A stretch of DNA of 64,000 bases from the human T2T-CHM13v2.0 reference genome, Homo sapiens. This document shows, piece after piece, positions 26,401 to 41,400 of the stretch; position 1 is the first letter of the stretch, and each line of letters starts with the position of its first letter. Location: assembly GCF_009914755.1 (NCBI RefSeq), contig NC_060933.1. One strand, written 5' to 3'. The notes under the pieces are model-generated. The model ran no database searches, had not been told where the DNA came from, and saw only the letters and a program-made list of their open reading frames with translations. Made by a program: the position numbers and the translations under genes.

Positions 26401-29400
26401 GAATTAACCCGAATAGAATGGAATGCAATAGAATGGAATGGAACGGATCCGAATGGAGTGGAATTGAATGGAATGGAATCAACCCGAGTACAGGGGAATG
26501 GAATGGAATGGAATGCAATGGAATGGAGTCATCCGTAATGGAATGGAAAGGAATGGAATGGAATGGAATGGAATGGAATGGAATGGAATGGAATCAACTC
26601 GATGGCAATCGAATGGAATGGAATAGAATTAACCCGAATAGAATGGAATGGAATGGATTGGAATGGAACGGAACGGAATGGAATGCAATGGAATGGAATG
26701 GAATGGAACGGAATGGAATGGAATGGAATGGAATGGAATCAACGCGAGTGCAGGGGAATGGAATGGAATGGAATGCAATGGAATGGAATCTTCCGGAATG
26801 GAATGGAATGGAATGGAATGGAATGAAAGGCAATGGATTCAACTCGATTGCAATGGAATGGAATAGAATGGAATGGAATGGAATGGAATGGAATGGAATG
26901 GAAAGGAATGGAATTGAATGGCATGGAATGCCTTCAAACCGAATGGAATGGAAAGGAATGGAATCAACACGAGTGGAATGGAATGGAATGGAAAGGAAGG
27001 GAATGGAATGGAATGGTACGGAATAGAATGGAATGGAACGAACTGGAATTGAATGGAATGGAATGGAATGGAATGGAATGCAAAGGAATGGAATCGTTCC
27101 AAGTGGAATAGGAGGGAATGAATTCGAGTGGAATGGAAAGGAATAGAATCAACCAGAGTGGAATGGAAGGGAATGGAATGGAATGGAAACTAATAGAATG
27201 GAATCAACCCCAGTGGAATGGAATGGAAAGGACTGGAATGGAATGGAATGGAATGGAATCAACTCGATTGTAATGGAATGGAATGGAATGGAATGGAATG
27301 GAATGGAATGGAATGGAATGGAATTAACCCGAATACAATGGAATGGAATGGAATGGAACGGAATGGAGGGGAATGGAATGGAATCAACCCGAGTGCAGGG
27401 GAATGGAATGGAATGGAATGCAATGGAATGGAATCATCCGGAATGGAATGGAATGGAATGGAATGCAAAGCAATGGAATCAACTCGATAGCAATGGAGTG
27501 GAATGGAATGGAAAGGAATAGAATGGAATCAACCCGAGTGTAATGGAATGGAAAGGACTGGAATGGAGTGGAATGGAATGGAATGGAATGGAATGGAATC
27601 AACTCGATTGGAATGGAATGGAATGGAATGCAATGGAATGGAATGGAATTAACCTGAATAGAATGGAATGGAATGGAATGGAACGCAATGGAATGGAATG
27701 GAATGGAATGGAATGGAATGGAATGGAATCAACCCGATTGCAGGGGAATGGAATGGAATGGAATGGAATGGAATGGAATCATCCGGAACGGAATGGAATG
27801 GAATGGAATGGAATCAACTCGATTGCAATGGAATGGAATGGAATGGAATGGAAGCGAATGGAATGGAATGGAATTAACAGGAATAGAATGGAATGGAATG
27901 GAATGGAACGGAACGGAATGGAATGGAATGGAATGGAATGGAATGGAATGGAATGGAATCAACCCGAGTGCAGAGGAATGGAATGGAATGGAATGCAATG
28001 GAATGGAATCATACGGAATGGAATGGAATGGAATGGAATGCAATCAACCTGATGCAATGGAATGGAGTGGAATGGAATGGAATGGAAACATACCGAATGG
28101 AAAGGAATGCAATCAACCTGATGCAATGGAACGGAGTGGAATGGAATGGAATGGAAACATCCCGAATGGAATGGAATGTAATGGAGTGTAAGGGAATTGA
28201 ATAGAATCAATCCGAATATAATGGAATGGAATGGAATGGAATGAAATGAAATGGAATGGAATGCAATGGAATCAACCCGAGTGCAAAGAATGGATTCGAA
28301 TGGAATGGAATGGAATGGAATGGATTCAACAAGAATGGAATGGATAGGAATGGAATCAACACGAGTGTAATGGCATGGAATGGAACGGAATGGAATGGGA
28401 TGGAATGGAATGGTACGGAATAGAATGGAATGGAATGAAATGGAATGGAATGGAATGGAATGGAATGGAAAGGAATGGAATGGAATGAACCCGTGTGCAA
28501 TGGAATGGAATGGAATGGAATGGAATGGAATGGATTCAACTCGAATGGAATCAACTCGATTGCAATGGAATGGAATGGAATGGAATGAAAGGAATAGAAT
28601 GGAATCAACCCGAGTGGAATGGAATGGAAAGGACTGGAATGGAGTGGAATGGAATGGAATGGAATTAACCCGAATAGAATGGAATGGAACGGAATGGAAC
28701 GGAATGTAATGGAATGGAATGGAATGGAATCAACCCGAGTGCAGGGGAATGGAATGGAATGGAATGCAATGGAATGGAATCATCCGGAATGGAATGGAAT
28801 GGAATGGAATGGAATGGAATGGAATGGAATCAACTCGATTTCAATGGAATGGAATGGAATAGAATGGAATGGAATTAACACGAATAGAATGGAATGGAAT
28901 GGAAAGGAATGGAACTGAAAGGAATGGAATGGAATGGAATGGAATCAACCCAAGTGCAGGGGAACGGAATGGAATGGAATTGAATGGAATGGAATCATCC
29001 GGAATGGAATGGAATGGAATGGAATGGAATGGAATGGAATGGAATCAACCCGACTGCAATGGAATGGAGAGGAGTGGAATGGAATGGAATGTAAACTACC
29101 CGAATGTAATGGAATGTAATGGAGTGTAAGGGAATTGAATAGAATGAATCCGAATGGAATGGAATGGAATGGAAAGGAATGGAATGGAATGGAATGGAAT
29201 GCAATGCCATGGAATCAACCCGAGTGCAATCGAATGGAATCGAATGGAATGGAATGCAATGGAATGGATTCAACTTGAATGGAATGGAAAGAATGGAACC
29301 AACACGAGTGGAATGGCATGTATTGGAATGGAATGGAATGCAATCAACCCGAGTACAGGGGAATGGAATGGAATGGAATGAAATGGAATGGAATCATCCG

Positions 29401-32400
29401 TAATGTAATGGAAAGGAATGGAATGGAATGGAATAGAATGGAATGGAATGGAATGGAATGGAATGGAATCAACTCGATTGCAATCGAATGGAACGGAATG
29501 GAATTAACCCAAATAGAATGGAATGGAATGGAATGGAACGGAACGGAATGGAATGGCATGGAATGGAATGGAATGGAATGGAATGGAACGGATCGGAATG
29601 GATTGGAATGGAATGGAATGGAATCAACGCGAGTGCAGGGGAATGGAATGGAATGGAATGCAATGGAATGGAATCTTCCGGAATGGAATGGAATGGAATG
29701 GAATAGAATGGAATGGAATGGAATGGAATGGAATCAACCCGAGTACAGGGGAATGGAATGCAATGTAATGCAATGGAATGGAATCATCCGTAATGGAATG
29801 GAAAGGTATGGAATGGAATAGAATGGAATGGAATCGAATGGAATGGAATGGAATGGAATCAACTCGTTTGCAATCGAATGGAATGTAATGGAATTAACCC
29901 GAATACAATGGAATGGAATGGAACGGAACGGAACGGAACGGAATGGAATGGAATGGAATGGAAAGGAAGGGAACTGAATGGAATGGAATGGAATGGAATG
30001 GAATGGAATCAACGCGAGTGCAGGGGAATGGAATGGAATGGAATGCAATGGAATGGAATCTTCCGGAATGGAATGGAATGGAATGGAATGGAATGCAATG
30101 GATTCAAATCGAATGCAATGGAATGGAATAGAATGGAATGGAATGCAATGGGATGGAATTAACCGGAATAGAATGGAATGGAATGGAATGGAACGGAACG
30201 GAACGGAACTGAACGGAATGGAATGGAATGGAATGGAATTGTATGGAATGGAATGGTATGGTACGGAATAGAATGGAACGTAAAGAAATGGAATGGAATG
30301 GAATCGAATGGAATGGAATGGAATGGAATGGAAACAACCCGAGTGCAGGGGAATGTAATAGAATGGAATGTAATGGAATGGAATCATCCGGAATGGAATG
30401 GAGTGGAATGGAATCAACCCGAGTGCAATGGAATGGAGTGGAATGGAATGGAATGGAATGGAACAACCCGAATGGAATGGAATGTAATGGAGAGTAAGGG
30501 AGTTGAATAGAATCAATCCGAATGTAATGGAATGGAATGGAACGGAATGGAATTGAATGGAATGGAATGGAATGCAATGGAATGGAATCACCCCGAGTGC
30601 AATGGAATGGAGAGGAATGGAATGGAATGGAATGGAAACTACCCGAATGGAATGGAATGTAATGGAGTGTAAGGGAATTGAATAGTATCAATCCGAATGT
30701 AATGGAATGGAATGGAACGGAATGGAATGGAATGGAATGGAATGGAATGGAATGGAATGCAAAGGAATGGAATCAACCCGAGTGCAATCGAATGGAATCG
30801 AATGGAATGGAATGCAATGGAATGAATTCAACTTGAATGGAATGGAAAGAATGGAATCAACACGAGTGGAATGGCATGGATTGGAAAGGAATGGAATGGA
30901 ATCAACCCGAGTACAGGGGAATGGAATGGAATGGAATGCAATGGAATGGAATCATCCGTAATGGAATGGAAAGGAATGGAATGGAAGGGAATGGAATGGA
31001 ATGGAATGGAATCAACTCGATTGCAATCGAATGGAATGGAATGGAATTTACCCGAATAGAAAGGAATGGAATGGAACGGAACGGAACGGAATGGAATGGA
31101 ATGGAATGGAATGAAATGGAATAGATCGGAACGGAATGGAATGGAATGGAATGGAATGGAATGGAATGGAATCAACGCGAGTGCAGGGGAATGGAATGGA
31201 ATGGAATGCAATGGAATGGAATCTTCCTGAATGGAATGGAATGGAATAGAATGAAATGCAATGGATTCAACTCGATTGCAATGGAATGGAATAGAATGGA
31301 ATGGAATGGAATGGAATGGAATTAACCCGAATAGAATGGAATGGAATGGAATGGAACGGAATGGAACGGAATGGAATGGAATGGAATGGAATGGAATGGA
31401 ATGGAATGGTATGGAATGGAATGGAATGGTACGGAATAGAATGGAATGGAACGAATTGTAATGGAATGGAATTGAATGGAATGGAATGGAATGGAATGGA
31501 ATCAACGCGAGTACAGGGGAATGTAATGGAACGGAATGCAATGGAATGGAATCATCCGGAATGGAATGGAATGGAATGGAATGGAATGGAATCAACCGGA
31601 TTGCAATGGAATGGAGTGGAATGGAATGGAATGGAATGGAATGGAATGGAATGGAATGCAATGAAATGGAATCAACCCGAGTACAATGGAATGGAATGGA
31701 ATGGAATGGAATGGAATGGAATGGAATGGAATGGAATTGAATGGAATGGAATGCCTTGAATACGAATGGAATGGAAAGGAATGGAATCAACACGAGTGGA
31801 ATGGAATGGAATGGAAAGGAATGGAATGGAATGGAATGGTACGGAATAGAATGGAATGGAACGAAATGGAATGGAATGGAACGAAATGGAGTGGAATGGA
31901 ATGGAATGGAATGGAATGGAATGGAATGGAATGGAATCGTTCCGAGTGGAATAGGAGGGAATGTATTCGAGTGGAATGGAAAGGAATGGAATCAACCAGA
32001 GTGGAATGGAAGGGAATGGAATGGAATGGAAACTAATAGAATGAAATCAAACCGAGTGGAATGGAATGGAAAGGACAGGAATGGAATGTAATGGAATGGA
32101 ATGGAATGGAATGGAATCAACCCTATTGTAATGGAATGGAATGCAACGGAATGGAATGGAATGGAATGGAATTAACCCAAATACAATGGGATGGAATGGA
32201 ATGGAATGGAATGAAGTGGAATGGAATGGAATCAACCCCAGTGCAGGGCAATGGAATGGAATGGAATGCAATGGAATGGAATCATCCGGAATGGAATGGA
32301 ATGGAATGGAATGCAAAGCAATGGAATCAACTCGATTGCAATGGAATGGAATGGAATGGAAAGGAATACATTGGAATCAACCCGAGTGGAATGGAATGGA

Positions 32401-35400
32401 AAGGACTGGAATGGAGTGGAATGGAATGCAATGGAATGGAATGGAATCAACTCGATTGGAATGGAATGGAATGGAATGGAATGGAATGGAATTAACCCGA
32501 ATAGAATGGAATGGAATTAAATGGAACGTAACGGAATGGAATGCAATGGAATGGAATGGAATGGAATGGAATCAACCCGACTGCAGGGGAATGGAATGGA
32601 ATGGAATGCAATGGAATGTATTCAACTAGAATGGAATGGAAAGAATGGAATCAACACGAGTGGAATGGCATGGATTGGAATGGAATGGAATGGAATCAAC
32701 CCGAGTACAGGGGAATGGAATGGAATGGAATGCAATGGAATGCAATCATCCGTAATGGAATGGACAGGAATGGAATGGAATGGAATGGAATGGAATGGAA
32801 TGGAATGGAATGGAATGGAATCAACTCGATTGCAATCGAATGGAATGGAATGAAATTAACCCGAATAGAATGGAATGGAATGGAATGGAACGGAACGGAA
32901 CGGAATGGAATGGAATGGAATGGAATGGAATGGAACGGAAAGGAATGGAATGGAATGGAATGGAATGGAATGGAATGGAATCAACTCGATTGCATTCAAA
33001 TGGAATGGAATGGAATTAACCCGAATAGAATGGAATGGAATGGAATGGAACGGAACGGAACGGAACGGAATGGAATGGAATGGAATGGAATGGAATGGAA
33101 TGGAATGGAATGGAATCAACCCGACTGCAGGGAAATGCAATGGAATGGAATGCAATGGAATGGAATCATCCGGAACGGAATGGAATGGAATGGAATGGAA
33201 TCAACTCGATTGCAATGGAATGGAATGGAATGGAATGGAATCGAATGGAATGGAATGGAATTAACCCGAATAGAATGGAATGGAATGGAATGGAACGGAA
33301 CGGAATGGAATGTAATGTAATGTAATGGAATGGAATGGAATGGAATGGAATGGAATGGAATTAACCCGAATACAATGGAATGGAATGGAATGGAACGGAA
33401 TGGAGTGGAATGGAATGGAATCAACCCGAGAGCAGGGGAATGGAATGGAATGGAATGCAATGGAATGGAATCTTCCGGAATGGAATGGAATGGAATTGAA
33501 TGCAAAGCAATGGAATCAACTCAATTGCAATGGAATGGAATGGAATGGAAAGGAATACACTGGAATCAACCCGAGTGGAATGGAATGGAAAGGACTGGAA
33601 TGGAGTGGAATGGAATGGAATGGAATGGAATTGAATCAACTCGATTGGAATGGAATGGAATGGAATGGAATGGAATGGAATGGAATTAACCCGAATAGAA
33701 TGGAATGGAATTAAATGGAACGGAACGGAATGGAATGGAATGGAATGGAATGGAATGGAATGGAATGGAATCAACCCGACTGCAGGGGAATGGAATGGAA
33801 TGGAATGCAATGGAATGGATTCAACTTGAATGGAATGGAAAGAATGGAATCAACACGAGTGGAATGGCATGGATTGGAATGGAGTGGAATGGAATCAACC
33901 CGAGTACAGGGGAATGGAATGGAATGGAATGCAATGGAATGGAATCATCCGTAATGGAATGGAAAGGAATGGAATGGAATGGAATGGAATAGAATGGAAT
34001 GGAATCAACTCGATTGCATTCAAATGGAATGGAATGGAATTAACACGAATAGAATGGAATGGAATGGAATGGAATGGAATGGAACGGAACGGAACGGAAT
34101 GGAATGGAATGGAATGGAATGGAATGGAATGGAATGGAAAGGAAAGGAATGGAATGGAATGGAATGGACTGGAATGGAATGGAATGGAATGGAATCAACG
34201 CGAGTGCAGGGGAATGGAATGGAATGGAATGCAATGGAATGGAATCTTCCGGAATGGAATGGAATGGAATGGAATAAACCCGAGTGCAATGGAATGGAGT
34301 GGAATGGAATGGAATGGAATGGAAAAACCCGAATGGAATGGAATGTAATGGAGAGTAAGGGAGTTGAATAGAATCAATCCGAATGTAATGGAATGGAATG
34401 GAACGGAATGGAATTGAATGGAATGGAATGGAATGCAATGGAATGGAATCAACCCGAGTGCAATGGAATGGAGAGGAATGGAATGGAATGGAATGGAAAC
34501 TACCCGAATGGAATGGAATGTAATGGAGTGTAAGGGAATTGAATAGAATCAATCCGAATGGAATGGAATGGAATGGAACGGAATGGAATGGAATGGAATG
34601 GAATGGAATGGAATGGAATGGAATGCAATGGAATGGAATCAACCCGAGTGCAATCGAATGGAATCGAATGGAATGGAATGCAATGGAATGGATTCAACTT
34701 GAATGGAATGGAAAGAATGGAATCAACACGAGTGGAATGCAATGGATTGGAATGGAATGGAATGGAATCAACCCGAGTACAGGGGAATGGAATGGAATGG
34801 AATGCAATGGAATGGAATCATCCGTAATGGAATGGAATGGAATGGAATGGAATGGAATGGAATGAAATGGAATGGAATGGAATCAACTCGATTGCAATCG
34901 AATGGAATGGAATGGAATTAACCCAAATAGAATGGAATGGAATGGAATGGAACGGAACGGAATGGAATGGAATGGAATGGAATGGAATGGAATGGAATGG
35001 AACGGAATGGAACGGAACCGAATGGAATGCAATGGAATGGAATGGAATGGTATGGAATCAACGCGAGTGCAGGGGAATGGAATGGAATGGAATGCAATGG
35101 AATGGAATCTTCCGGAATGGAATGGAATGGAATGGAATGCAATGGAATGGAATCTTCCGGAATTGAATGGAATGGAATGGAATGGAATGAAATGCAATGG
35201 ATTCAACTCGATTGCAATGGAATGGAATAGAATGGAATGGAATGGAATGGAATGGAATTAACCCGAATAGAATGGAATGAATGGAATGGAACGGAATGGA
35301 ACGGAATGGAATGGAATGGAATGGAATGGAATGGTATGGAATGGAATGGAATGGTACGGAACAGAATGGAATGGAACGAATTGTAATGGAATGGAATTGA

Positions 35401-38400
35401 ATGGAATGGAATGGAATGGAATGGAATCAACGCGAGTGCAGGGGAATGTAATGGAACGGAATGCAATGGAATGGATTCATCCGGAATGGAATGGAATGGA
35501 ACGGAATGGAATGGAATCAACCGGAGTGCAATGGAATGGAGTGGAATGGAATGGAATGGAATGGAACAACCCGAATGGAATGGAATGTAATGGAGAGTAA
35601 GGGAGTTGAATAGAATCAATCCGAATGTAATGGAATGGAATGCAACGGAATGGAATGGAATGGAATGGAATGGAATGGAATTGAATGGAATGGAATGCAA
35701 TGGAATGCAATGGAATGGAATCAACCCGAGTACAATTAAATGGAATGGAATGGAACGGAATGGAATGGAATGGAATGGAATTGAATGGAATGGAATGCCT
35801 TCAAACCGAATGGAATGGAAAGGAATGGAATCAACACGAGTGGAATGGAATGGAATGGAAAGGAATGGAATGGAATGGAATGGTACGGAATAGAATGGAA
35901 TGGAACGAAATGGAATGGAATGGAATGGAATGGAATGGAATGGAATGGAATGGAATGGAATCGTTCCGAGTGGAATAGGAGGGAATGTATTCGAGTAGAA
36001 TGGAAAGGAATGGAATCAACCCGAGTGGAATGGAAGGGAATGGAATGGAATGGAAACTAATAGAATGGAATCAACCCGAGTGGAATGGAATGGAAAGGAC
36101 TGGAATGGAATGGAATGGAATGGAATGGAATGGAACGGAATGGAGTGGAATGGAATGGAATCAACCCGAGTGCAGGGGAATGGAATGGAATGGAATGCAA
36201 TGGAATGAAATCATCCGGAATGGAATCGAATGGAATGGAAGGGAAAGCAATGGAATCAACTCGATTGCAATGGAATGGAATGGAATGGAAAGGAATACAT
36301 TGGAATCAACCCGAGTGGAATGGAATGGAAAGGACTGGAATGGAGTGGAATGGAATGGAATGGAATGGAATGGAATCAACTCGATTGGAAAGGAATGGAA
36401 TGGAATGGAATGGAATGGAATGGAATGGAATGGAATTAACCCGAATAGAATGGAATGGAATTAAATGGAACGGAACGGAATGGAATGGAATGGAATGGAA
36501 TGGAATGGAATGGAATGGAATGGAATCAACCCGACTGCAGGGGAATGGAATGGAATGGAATGCAGTGGAATGGATTCAACTTGAATGGAATGGAAAGAAT
36601 GGAATCAACACGAGTGGAATGGCATGGATTGGAATGGAATGGAGTGGAATCAACCCCAGTAGACGGGAATGGAATGGAATGGAATGCAATGGAATGGAAT
36701 CATCCGTAATGGAATGGAAAGGAATGGAATGGAATGGAATGGAATGGAATGGAATGGAATGGAATCAACTCGATTGCAATCGAATGGAATGGAATGGAAT
36801 TAACCCGAATAGAATGGAATGGAATGGAACGGAACGGAACGGAACGGAATGGAATGGAATGGAATGGAACGGAAAGGAATGGAATGGAATGGAATTTAAT
36901 GGAATGGAATCAACGCGAGTGCAGGGGAATGGAATGGAATGGAATGCAATGGAATGGAATCTTAGGGAATGGAATGGAATGGAATGGAATAAACCCGAGT
37001 GCAATGGAATGGAGTGGAATGGAATGGAATGGAATGGAACAACCCGAATGGAATGGAATGTAATGGAGAGTAAGGGAGTTGAATAGAATCAATCCGAATG
37101 TAATGGAATGGAATGGAACGGAATGGAATTGAATGGAATGGAATGGAATGCAATGGAATGGAATCAACCCGAGTGCAATGGAATGGAGAGGAATGGAATG
37201 GAATGGAATGGAAACTACCCGAATGGAATGGAATGTAATGGAGTGTAAGGGAATTGAATAGAATCAATCCGAATGTAATGGAATGGAATGGAACGGAATG
37301 GAATGCAATGGAATGGAATGGAATGCAATGGAATGGAATGGAATCAACCCGAGTGCAGGGGAATGGAATGGAATGGAATGCAATGGAATGGAATCATCCG
37401 GAATGGAATGGAATGGAATGCAATGGAATGGAATGGAATGGAATCAACCCGAGTGCAATGGAATGGAGTGAAATGGAATGGAAACAACCAGAATGGATTG
37501 GAATATAATGGAGTGTAAGGGAATTGAATAGAATCAATCTGAATGTAATGAAATGGAAAGGAACGGAATGGAATGGAATGGAATGGAATGCAATGGAATG
37601 GAATCAACCCGAGTGCAATCGAATGGAATCGAATGGAATGGAATGCAATGGAATGGATTCAACGTGAATGGAAAGGAAAGAATGGAATCAACACGAGTGG
37701 AATGGCATGGATTGGAATGGAATGGAATGGAATCAACCCGAGTACAGGGGAATGGAATGGAATGGAATGCAATGGACTGGAATCATCAGTAATGGAATGG
37801 AAAGGAATGGAAAGTACTGGAATGGAATGGAATGGAATGGAATGGAATGGAATGGAATCAACTCGATTGCAATCGAATGGAATGGAATGGAATTAACCCG
37901 AATAGAATGGAATGGAATGGAATGGAACGGAACGGAATGGAATGGAATGGAATGGAATGGAACGGAAAGGAATGGAATGGAATGGAATGGAATGGAATGG
38001 AATGGAATGGAATCAACGCGAGTGCAGGGGAAGGGAATGGAATCGAATGGAATGGAAAGGAATGGATTGGAATCAACCCGAGTGCAGGGGAATGTAATGG
38101 AACGGAATGCAATGGAATGGAATCATCCGGAATGGAATGGTATGGAATGGAATGGAATGGAATCAACACGAGTGCAATGGAATGGAGTGGAATGGAATGG
38201 AATGGAATGGAACAACCCGAATGGAATGGAATGTAATGGAGAGTAAGGGAGTTGAAAAGAATCAATCCGAATGTAATGGAATGGAATGGAACGGAATGGA
38301 ATGGAATGGAATGGAATGGAATGGAATGGAATGCAATGGAATGGAATCAACCCGAGTACAATGGAATGGAATGGAATGGAATGGAATGGAATGGAATGGA

Positions 38401-41400
38401 ATGGAATGGAATGGAATGGAATGCAATGGAATGGAAACTTCCGGAATGGAATGGAATGGAATTGAATGGAATGGAATGGAAGGCAATGGATTCAACTCGA
38501 TTGCAATGGAATGGAATCGAATGGAATGGAATGGAATGGAATGGAATCAACCCGAGTGCAGGGGAATGTAATGGAACGGAATGCAATGGAATGGAATCAT
38601 CCGGAATGGAATGGAATGGAATGAAATGGAATGGAATGGAATGGAATGGAATCATCCCGAGCGCAATGGAATGGAGTGGAATGGAATGGAATGGAATGGA
38701 ACAGTCCGAATGGAATGGAATGTAATGGAGAGTAAGGGAGTTGAATAGAATCAATCCGAATGTAATGGAATGGAACGGAATGGAATGGAATGGAATGGAA
38801 TGGAATGGAATGCAATGGAATGGAATCAACCCGAGTACAATGGAACGGAATGGAATGGAATGTAATGGAATGTAATGGAATGGAATGCAATGGAATGGAA
38901 TCAACCCGAGTGCAATGGAATGGAGAAGAATGGAATGGAATGGAATGGAAACTACCCGAATGGAATGGAATGTAATGGAGTGTAACGGAATTGAATAGAA
39001 TCAATCCGAATGGAATGGAATGGAATGGAACGGAATGTAATGGAATGGAATGGAATGGAATCAACCCGAGTGCAGGGGAATGGAATGGAATGGAATGCAA
39101 TGGAATGGAATCATCCGGAATGGAATGGAATGGAATGCAATGGAATGGAATGGAATGGAATCAACCCGAGTGCAATGGAATGGAGTGAAATGGAATGGAA
39201 TGGAATGGAGACAACCAGAATGGATTGGAATATAATGGAGTGTAAGGGAATTGAATAGAATCAATCTGAATGTAATGAAATGGAATGGAATGGAATGGAA
39301 TGGAATGGAATGGAATAAAATGGAATGGAATCAACCCGAGTGCAATCGAATGGAATCGAATGGAATGGAATGCAATGGAATGGATTCAACTTGAATGGAA
39401 TGGAAAGAATGGAATCAGCAAGAGTGGAATGGCATGGATTGGAGTGGAATGGAATGGAATCAACCCGAGTATAGGGGAATGGAATGGAATGGAATGCAAT
39501 GGAAGGGAATCATCCTTAATGGAATGGAAAGGAATGGAATGGAATGGAATGGAATGGAATGGAATCAACTCGATTGCAATCGAATGGAATGGAATGGAAT
39601 TAACCCGAATGGAATGGAATGGAATGGAATGGAACGGAAAGGAAGGGAATGGAATGGAATAGAATGGAATGGAATGGAATCAACGCGAGTGCAGGGGAAT
39701 GGAACGGAATGGAATGCAATGGAACGGAATCTTCCGGAATGGAATGGAATGGAATGGAATGGAATGGAATGGAATGGAATCAACCCGAGTGCAATGGAAT
39801 GGAGTTGAATGGAATGGAATGGAATGGAACAACCCGAATGGAATGGAATGGAATGGAGAGTAAGGAAGTTGAATAGAATCAATCCGAAAGTAATGGAATG
39901 GAATGGAACGGAATGGAATTCAATGGAATGGAATGGAATGCAATGGAATGGAATCAACCCGAGTGCAATGGAATGGAGGGGAATGGAATGGAATGGAATG
40001 GAAACTACCCGAATGGAATGGAATGTAATGGAGTGTAAGGGAATTGAATAGAATCAATCCGAATGTAATGGAATGGAATGGAACGGAATGGAATGGAATG
40101 GAATGGAATGGAATGGAATGGAATGGAATGCAATGGAATGGAATCAACCCGAGTGCAATCGAATGGAATCGAATGGAATGGAATGCAATGGAATGGATTC
40201 AACTTGAATGGAATAGAAAGAATGGAATCAACACGAGTGGAATGGCATGGATTGGAATGGAATGGAACGGAATCAACCCGAGTACAGGGGAATGGAATGG
40301 AATGGAATGCAATGGAATGGAATCATCCGTAATGGAATGTAAAGGAATGGAATGGAATGGAATGGAATGCAATGGAATGGAATGGAATCAACTCGATTGC
40401 AATCGAATGGAATGGAATGGAATTAACGCGAATAGAATGGAATGGAATGGAATGGAACGGAACGGAATGGAATGGAATGGAATGGAATGGAATGGAATGG
40501 AATGGAACGGAATGGAATTGAATGGAATGGAATGGAATCAACGCGAGTGCAGGGGAATGTAATGGAATGGAATGCAATGGAATGGAATCTTCCGGAATGG
40601 AATGGAATGGAATGGAATGGAATGAAATGCAATGGATTCAACTCGATTGCAATGGAATGGAATAGAATGGAATGGAATGGAATGGAATGGAATGGTATGG
40701 AATGGAATGGAATACAATTGAATGGAATGGAATGGAATGGAATGGTATGGAATGGAATGGAATGGTACGGAATAGAATGGAATGGAACGAATTGTAATGG
40801 AATGGAATTGAATGGAATGGAAAGGAATGGAATGGAATCAACGCGAGTGCAGGGGAACGTAATGGAACGGAATGCAATGGAATGGAATCATCCGGAATGG
40901 AATGGAATGAAATGGAATGGAATGGAATCAACACGAGTGCAATGGAATGGAGTGGAATGGAATGGAATAGAATGAAACAACCTGAATGGAATGGAATGTA
41001 ATGGAGAGTAAGGGAGTTGAATAGAATCAATCCGAATGTAATGGAATGGAATGCAACGGAATGGAATGGAATGGAATGGAATGGAATGCAATGGAACTGA
41101 ATCAACCCGAGTAAAATGGAATGGAATGGAATGGAATGGAATGGAATGGAATGGAATGATACGGAAGAGAATGGAATGGAACGAAATGGAATGCAATGGA
41201 ATGGAATGGAATGGAATGGAATGGAATCGTTCCGAGTGGAATAGGAGGGAATGTATTCGAGTGGAATGGAAAGGAATGGTATCAACCAGAGTGGAATGGA
41301 AGGGAATGGAATGGAATGGAAACTAATAGAATGGAATCAACCCGAGTGGAATGGAATGGAAAGGACTGGAATGCAATGGAATGGAATGGAATCAACTCGA

